From the NCBI RefSeq assembly GCF_964194025.1, contig NC_134472.1, positions 57,474,001 to 57,538,000 on the forward strand: a stretch of DNA of 64,000 bases, written 5' to 3'. This document shows positions 40,701 to 49,700 of this stretch, in pieces. The position numbers were made by a program, and so were the translations under genes. How positions within the stretch are numbered: the stretch's first letter is position 1; every line of letters starts with the position of its first letter. The notes under the pieces are model-generated. The model worked only from the letters and a program-made list of their open reading frames with translations. It ran no database searches and was not told the DNA's origin. This stretch comes from Convolutriloba macropyga (lineage: Eukaryota).

Positions 40701-43700
40701 ACCAAAAAATTTCGTCTTATCATTGAAGGCTGATATGTTAAATTTTGATTAAAAATCTGTATTACTTTTTGCTGCCTCTATTAGCTGCTCTATAATAACC
40801 TTCATTTAGATTGACACACACCCATTTGACCTTATCTCTTTGAATTAAAGTAAATAAAAATCAATTTCAAAGTGAGGAAGTCATTTTTGTGAGTGAGGTA
40901 AGTCAAGTGTTACCAAAAATTTAATCACGCAAATGAACAAAAAAACTCGCTCCACTAAGAGCGAAAAATGACGTCACACATGCACTTCAGTGGAAATGGC
41001 ATGAACAAATGAACAAAAAGCAGATTTGAAGTGGTTGTGACGTCATATGGTCGTAACAAAAATCGCGACGACGAAATAAAAAAAACATAGCCGGAAGAAT
41101 TCCGGAAGCGACTCGAAGCGTCAAAACTTCACAAAAAACCGTAACTGCAGCTGAAGCCATTATCTTTTGCATTAAACCATTAACTCATTACCTCCCCAGG
41201 CCTGATCTAAAAATTGGTGAAATTTTAACCACCAAGAGTCACCAAGAGAAACAAAACGCAGCAAATTCTTTTTTATTCAAAACGTTTGGTAGCGTTCAAA
41301 AAGTCTGAAATAATTAGTATGATCAAAATGCTGATAGGCTGAAAAAGCCGACAGGGCTATCAATTGGGCTCAAATAATTCATGAATAATTCATTAATCTA
41401 AAAAAAACGCGAAAGCAAACGGCAGATAATGATCTTAGAAAATGAGTTAAATTTTTCAAAGAATGATCAAATTTAAGAATCAGAAAACCACTACAAAAAA
41501 AATTTCTAATCACTACAATAAAGAAAAAAACAAGGCACACTTCTTCCTTGTTGTATATATGCTCGACAACATGATTTCATACTTACTCAAAACTTAAATT
41601 AATCATAGAAAAGACATAAGCAACAATAATATTCAAAGGCAAGAAGTTGTTAAAAAACAATATCAAGGCCGGAGAAAAGAAATGCAAAAAATACTAATAA
41701 GTGTTGTCTAGCAAACTCGCATTACTGCCTTATGTTGAATGAAGCCAATTGCAAATCAAAGAAATGACAAAAAATCTAATAAAAAGCTAAAAACAATCAA
41801 TTTTCTAACAACTGAAAAAATCAATATAACGAATATAAATGTAGGTGCAACGACAAAGCTAGAATGATACAAACTAGAATGTGAGGAATATGGACACAAT
41901 GTAAGGAACACCGGAACAAAAGACTAATTCTTGATTTTTGAAATTCAAAATCACATTGAAAATTCAAGAAAAACCAATACATTCCATTGTTCAGCATTCG
42001 AGACATAGAAAAGACAACGAGTCATCCGAGACAAAAATCCGCCCTCCTGAACAGAACGAAAAAGAAAAAGCAGAAATCAAAAATACAAAACATTGAAACA
42101 TTTCGCAAAAACAATGGTCGAAGAACTTTTAAGACTGCATTTATGAAATTAATTTTAACTGGTTTTCAAAAATTAACGCCAGAAAATGATTGGATTGAAA
42201 CAAAATTAAAGTCCCTCATGTTGCACAAAAAGACTATTTCTAGTAATTAAAACCAAAATACCAACAAAAAAGACAAAAATTCGAAAAACTACCAAAATCG
42301 GATTAGCATATGTTCAATTCTATAAAAACAAAATTACATCGAGGTAAAAAGAGGCGTTGAGTAGATGAACTATCAAAGGGTAGCTGCCATATTAACTGAT
42401 TTATGACAAATAAACGGCTGAAAGATCCAGAAATGAAGAAAATAGCATATGTACAATTTTATAAAAACAAAATTACATCGAGGTAAAAAGAGGCGTTGAG
42501 TATATGAATTATCAAAGGGTAGTTGCCATATTATCTGATTTATGACAAATAGACGGTTGAAAGATCCAGAACTGAAGAAATTAATAGGAAAAATCCTAAA
42601 ATTAACTTTAAAAAACGGACAAAAAACAAAAGTATGTGCCAATTTTGAACTTGAAACGCATTTTCAGGCTCTGCAAAACACTGTGGTATCAATTGCCGAG
42701 GTTTACATTTCAATATAGCATCAAATAAAAATCATTTCTACAAAAAACCAAATTACAAGCAAAAACAATGGGCCACTTAGACGAAAAAGCGGCTAAAAAC
42801 GGTTATCTATATGTGCCATTCAGTCAAAAACTACTTTTCAAAGTCAAAAAGTCATTCACTCAAAAAGTCATTCACTAAACGTAGCGCATGATCAAAGAAA
42901 CTTCTCACACTCAGAAAAAATTAGTTCACACGGCAATTTTACTCACTTTCGCTTTTAGGTTAAAACAGCGTCTGAACGAATAGTACTTCCGGTTAAAAAA
43001 AACCTTAAGAAAATCTTCGAGTCGTAAAAACCAAGAGAAGGCCAATAATAGCCCCAGCTATCGCTATGCGGCTATTAATAAGAGATCCATTTTCACCAGA
43101 TCCTCTTAGACTTTATTTTTTATTAATTAAAAGACAATTATTTCGCATTCAACCTTAACAGTTAGGGCATCACATTCTAATTCTAACATTTTAAAAATTC
43201 CGTCGAAACTTTCCATTTCAAAATTTGCACTGATTTGCACAAGGAACCTGGGAACTACTATTCGGTATCCGATATGACCAAGCGGATATTGTTGTAACGC
43301 CCTTGTTAAACCTCATACTTGTTAAAAGCAAATATGAGCCTTCTACACATAGAGATTTAATATCCTAAATTCTTACCAGTGCCTTGGCATCTGGTGATGC
43401 TCCTCTCTCCAGAACAAACTTGCAGGTCTCGAAGTGTCCGCAGTGGGCTGTGATGTGTAGAGGAGTCAACAAGTCTTTCGTTACGTCATCAACTGGAATC
43501 CCGTGATGCAACAATAGACGGGCACATGACTCATTGTTGCCTTGTGCTGCCATGTGCAGAGCTGAGAGACCACTCTGAACAAAAAACATGTGATGGTTCC
43601 AGAGAAACATTTTTTCAGTTCAAATTCTATTTTCAATTTCAACTTATTCGATTCGTTCCACTCGTGTTAGAGACAACGACACCGCACTGTACTGATAAGG

Positions 43701-46700
43701 GATCGCAAAAATCTGACCTTTTCTACGAAAGCCTTTCAAATGATTCCTACCTACATTGACTGCACAATCTCTTCGTAATACACGCATTTTAGTTTCGCTA
43801 GTTACAGTTTCATCTAATTATTGTCCGGACCACATAATTCTGATTGCTCTTGTTGGAAGATTTACCTTAGTTTTGATTTTATGATCTGCTCCCTTGACCA
43901 ACAGTTTATCCACTACTTCATCATGTCCATTCCTGCTAGCACAGTGGAGACCCGTCAGGCCATCCTTTGTTTTATAATCAATCTTCGCATTCGAATTCAC
44001 AAACAACTCCACCAAATCCACCTTGCCCCATTTAGAGGCCACATGTAGAGGCACTATGCTGTTCTTAGCAGCCTGGTCAATGTTAGCACCGAAGTTAATT
44101 AAATGATTAGCTATCTTGTAATGACCGTATCTGGCTGCAACGTGCAAGGGTGTGAAGTTAGTGGATGACATAATGTTAGGGTCGTATTTCTTCGTCAGAA
44201 GGAGCAACGTTGATTTCTCGTCGTTCTTTCGTACTGCTACATGTAGGGCGGGCAGTTTATACCCCTTCTTGGAGTGCTCTGCTTCTAAGAGGGTGGCTAC
44301 GATCTTTGCATGCTGTTGTTGAAGAGCAACTGCTAAGGGAGTAAATCCTTCCTAAAAACACAGTTTTACCAATATATCTTTGCAGTTCAGGTAAAATTTA
44401 AACACTTATTTATTGATTTCGACAACAATCTGTTTTCTTGTAGCGGATTTTCAGAAAAAAAAACTGCTCAGAAAGTAGCGTAAACTTCAGTTAAATTCAT
44501 TAAACTTTTCCCGTATTTAAACACGACTGCTGAACTGTTCCCGGGTTGGAGTCCCATAGAATCCCATCGATGGGTCATAGTTATTTCATAGTAGCTTTTA
44601 GATCCATCGATGGATCAGTGTAATTTCATAAAACCTAACTTCCCATCGATGGATCAGTGTAATTTCATAAAACCTAACTTCCCATCGATGGATCATAGTA
44701 AATCCATGAAAATGAAAATTTCGAAAATCTCACATGTTAATCAATTTTCTTAAATAAAATGCAGTTACGTGCCCCTAAATGCCTCGTTTTTAGTAACGTG
44801 TCACCAAAAAGAGACCAAAAAAGAGCTGTCGTGGGGGGGGGGGGGCATTGCTTCAATTGGTTCAATTGTTATACCGGGCATTGGTTCAATTGGTTCAATT
44901 GTTATCAGATACTTTTCGCAGGTCATGTCTCAATAGTCTTTTTTTTTCAGATATACTGATTGATTGCGGCAGAAGTCAGATGTCATTATCCACACAAAGG
45001 AAAGAACGAATCGTGAGTTGGAAACGTTATTTATACCCAGCATATTTATTTTATTTACCCAGCTTAGTAGGTGCATAGTATTTGACGCACGGGCTCTACA
45101 TAATGATTTATTATGTAATGGCACGTGCTCTGTAACTGGGGGGGGGGGGGGGCATAACGTACTGGAGGGGGGGGGGCATAACGTACTGGGGGCATAACGT
45201 ACTGGGGGCATAACGTACTGGGGGCATAACGTACTGGGGGCATAACGTACTTCTATTATATCTAATAGATTAGATATATTAGATCTAATCTATTAGATAG
45301 ATTAGATCTAATATATCTAATCTATCTAATATATCAAATCTATCTAAATTATCTATTCTATCTAATATATCTAATCTAATCTATCTAATATAACTAATCT
45401 ATCTAATACATCTAATCTATCTAATATATCTAATCTATCGAATATATCAAATCAATCTAAATTATCTAATCTATCTAATATTTCTAATCTATCTAATCTA
45501 TCTAGTACAAGAGAGAAAATGTTTTTTCTCTTTCAAAAAGCAATGGCTAGCAGTTCTGAAGTTGTCATGATCCAGAGGAATTCATGGTAAGTACATAAAA
45601 AGTTTCTATGAATCAGAGGAACTCATGCTTAAATCATAAAAGTTGCTATGATCCAGTGAAAATCATAGTAAGTACATAATAACTAATCTATGATCCAGAA
45701 AAAATCATAATAGTATCATGAAAGTTTTTTTATGAACCAGAGGAAATCATTACAATTTCATAAAGTTTTCTATGATTTTTCCATGCCCAGCGTTAAATGG
45801 TAATGGGACATTCAATGATCCATCGATGGATTTCTCTGAAATTCCCATGATCCATCGATGGGATTCTATGGGACCCCAACCCGGGTTTCCAATTGTTCCA
45901 ATCAAAGCATTGACGTGGAAATTTAATGGAAATCTCATCACCTTATACATGGGCACTGTTACCTTTTAAAATTAAAACTAAAATACCCGCTATGTCTGCC
46001 CAGTAAAAATTTGCCAATAAAGCGACATCTGCTTTTGGAATTCAACCGCTCAGTTATTGACCACTTAAAAGCATGTATTTAGACCGAACACATGAATAGC
46101 ATTTACAATGGCAAGTAGTCTTTTGTTTTCAGCATTAGTTCAAGTATTAGCGGCTTTGCTAGCCACCTTAATCGCACTTCATAAACATACGAACAAAAAT
46201 TGTTTAAAACACAGTCCCAACTCTGCACAAAAATCAATCACTTTTACTTCTCACATCTGCTACAGTTCAATAAAAGCAACCAATCGAATTTTGATCATTT
46301 AATGTAAATTCTTAATCAACTACGAGAGTAAAATAGAAACTGAAAAGTCTAGACAAAATGTGCCACTACTTCAATGCGCTTTGTCTATTAATCAACTACG
46401 AGAGTAAAATAGAAACTGAAAAGTCTAGACAAAATGTGCCACTACTTCAATGCGCTTTGTCTATTTATCAGCTGTTGAGAGCACGCGCAATTATTTTAAC
46501 GCCAAGAGCGTCATATACTGCATAAACGACACGAAATGCACCGTAGCGGCGCGTAATTCAAAAAAATTCCAATAGCAGAAAAATTAAAATCAGATATAAC
46601 TGATTCAGCTAGACTGTACGTTTCCGTTTGTATTGCATCATAATCAGTAATTCTAAAAGTTAACATATACAACACAAATTACAATACAAACAGGAAGACA

Positions 46701-49700
46701 GTGCAAACCTAGGTATTCACGGAAACGTTTAGTGACTCTGGTACGTTAAACGTCAAAATGTTGGAAAATTAATACCGCAAATCTTTTGCGAGTTTTTCTA
46801 CGAGTAGTGAGACTGTATGAAATGGTTGCTAAAAATTGGTCAAACATATCTTTCCGGGTCATAAGATATCCTCGATCAAAACTGATTACAGCAAAAACTA
46901 ACTACAATTGAACATCAAAGCATTCATAAATTTCGATTTTTCGCTGAGCAACTGATAATCAAATTCACTTTTAGCAGAATGAGAGAAGAGAGAAACTAGC
47001 CTAGAGAAGTCAAAAAGATTTCACGCAAAATGCTGAAAAAGCGGCAAAATGGTAAAGCGAAAAAAAGTTCGACGAAGTAAAAAAAAACATAGCAGGACAA
47101 GTCCTGACGTACAATTCAAAGGATACAAAAAATCGAAAAAACAGTAAAAATCAGAGTGAAATTGCCGCATGTGAACAAAAAACACCGTTTTCACACTCTA
47201 CTTTAAATTTAGAGCGAAAAAATTTCACGCCGCAAAACCACTCGCTTTTTCGCTCCATTTCCTTTTCCGGCGTGACCAAAATCACTACTCCAATTTGACT
47301 TCAAAAATCATGAAAATGTGTGAACAGATCTTAAAAAAAAAACAGGCGGAAGAATTCCGGAAACGAATCGAAGTGAAAATCCATTTAAACGCCATTCAAC
47401 TACTCATCAAACCAAACGTGCCTTCAATAATTTATGATTATCTTGAAACAAAGTCATGAAACGAAAAAGTAAAAACAATAAAATCAAATCTGTTAAAATA
47501 TGATAAAAAATCTGATCAAATTTTGTTATAAATTGAGATCCCGAAAAAACTATCTCTACCAAAATAATTTCATCAAAACAACTAGTACTTATAAAAACCA
47601 CTTATGTGAATTTTGAAAATACTTTAGGCTAAATTATGAAAAAAAGCTCTTAAAAACAACTTTCACTGAAAAACTGGAAGAAAAACTGGAAGAAGAAGTT
47701 ACTAAATTTTTTAGTATTTCAAAAAACATATAAATCCCAGAAACATTCCCTTCCTCCAATAGGGTATCCAGATGCTCGCAAAACAATAGGCAAGTCATAA
47801 TAGGCAAAGAAACTTAGCTAAAAACAAAAAAAAACGAAAAACTGCAAAAAAAAATTAAGAAAAATAGTTCCAATTTGCGCCATTTTTGTCGTATTTCTCA
47901 ACAAAAAATGAATTATCATAAAATTTATATGAATTTCTAGAAACCTTCAAACCATTACTGAAACCAGCCAAAAATTAAAACAAAATCATAACCAAACCTC
48001 TGAACGAAAATAAATAAAAAAAAACTGCTTTAAAATGCCGCACGTGAAAAAAATTTCGCTCGCTTAGAAAATTTTTTCACACATCAATTTCTCGCTCTCT
48101 CAAAAACAGCGGTATGAACAAAAACCACTCTCTTTTCGCTCCGCTCTTCACTTTTTTGTTCAGCACCAAAATCACTCCAAATTTTTTCACGCGTTTCATT
48201 TCCCGCTTCAAAAATCACTCCAATAAAATTGATTTAAAAAAAGAAAAGGACTTCTCCAATACTCCTCTTCGAGTCGTAAAAAAGACAGCGCCCCAATACA
48301 ATTCAAATTCTTTGAATTGTAATAAAAAATTAGGAGCGCTATAATAGCCGGCTGAGAAGATGAGGGCGGCTATTAAAAACAATCAGTTGCCTTTTGACGT
48401 GCTTAAACAATTTCAATGCACTTGTACCGCACTTGCAAGTTTTCGTGCAGAGGCCCAAGTGCAAAATATAACCGACAAACGTCGGAAGAAGTACTCTCGA
48501 ACAACTAGTGGGAGCTAAAACCTATTGCAGCCTGCTTCAGTGTTTTAAAAAATCACTTCAAATGACTGTTTTCAGAGGCTACTATATACCACTTGAGTTC
48601 AGATACTGACACTTGTCAAAGAGAGAAATTTAGATCACGCAGAACGAAAAAATTAAAGGCGTAAAAGTAACTCGAAAAGTCGAAACAGTTTGCAAAACCT
48701 TTATGGCTTAACAGTACTCGCTTTTCGCTCTTTTTAAAATAAAACTCCAGCGTGACTTAACTCAATACTCCAATTCATTTTTTTTAATCGACGACATACA
48801 GTGAAAAGTGGGGACAGATTTTGCAGAGAAAAGAGGACAGTACCACCAATACAACTCAAATTTTTTGAATCTTTAAAAGGCTCGCAATGATAGGCCACGG
48901 TTAAGATGAGGACGACTATTAACATTTAAAAAGTATTTGAAAAATTATCAGCAAGAAAAAACATTGAAAGTAGTAGAAATAAATTGATAAAATAGAAAAT
49001 CAAGTTAGGAAAATCATTCAAAGTTAGGCGGTTAAAATTCGAGTTAAAAGTATTCATATGGTACCACGTTTATTTTTCTAGCATGCGTATAAAATGTAGC
49101 TTGGTCAGGAGAAAAAAGCCAGACTCGCGTGCGTGGACATTCCACCTTTTCTAAAGAAATGTTGAACAAAAAAGTTCAAATTAGTCGTAAAGTAGGCGCC
49201 AAATGTCATAGCAATTTGATGTTAGGGGCTTAACAAAATACTTTCTCAGAATTCTATCATTGTTTTTATTCCTATACTTTTCAATGGAAAAGGCTTAGGT
49301 TGGAATAGTTGTTGTCACTGTCAACGTCCACGAATAGAGGAAAGGCGTTTTAAAAACAGCTCAAACAAATCCACACAACTTCATTTGGCCATTAGCAAAT
49401 CGGAAACTTTGCAGCATTAGAGATTTGCTTACCTCAGTAGTAATTGTTTCATCTGCTCCTTTGTGCAGAAGATACTTGAGCACTTCCAAATGGTTTTCCT
49501 GCGCTGCCATGTATAGTGGAGTGAAGGAGCCTTGGGCTTTTGAGTTGATGTCACACTTCCGTTCTACTAGTAATTTCACTACTGTCAAATGTCCCGCCAA
49601 AGACGCAATGTGGAGGGCTGTGTTGCCTCTCTGAAATCCACATCCCGAATGAGACTACTTCATTTCTACTTTCTAATTTTTGAGCTGAGAAATCAATCCC

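Larger units (their letters stand above)
44540..45885. mobile_element. Non-autonomous TIR DNA transposon, EnSpm/CMC-like
   Basis: 39-bp TIRs (cccgggttggrgtcccatagaatcccatcgatggrtcat, 2 mismatches), flanked by TT/TT; subterminal repeats containing ccatcgatgg; no transposase ORF. The superfamily call is inferred. Confidence 0.7.

Noticed and set aside
45138-45775. CRISPR-like appearance of short periodic repeats
   Set aside because: There are no unique spacers and no cas genes, and the context is a eukaryotic intron; these are simple minisatellites.
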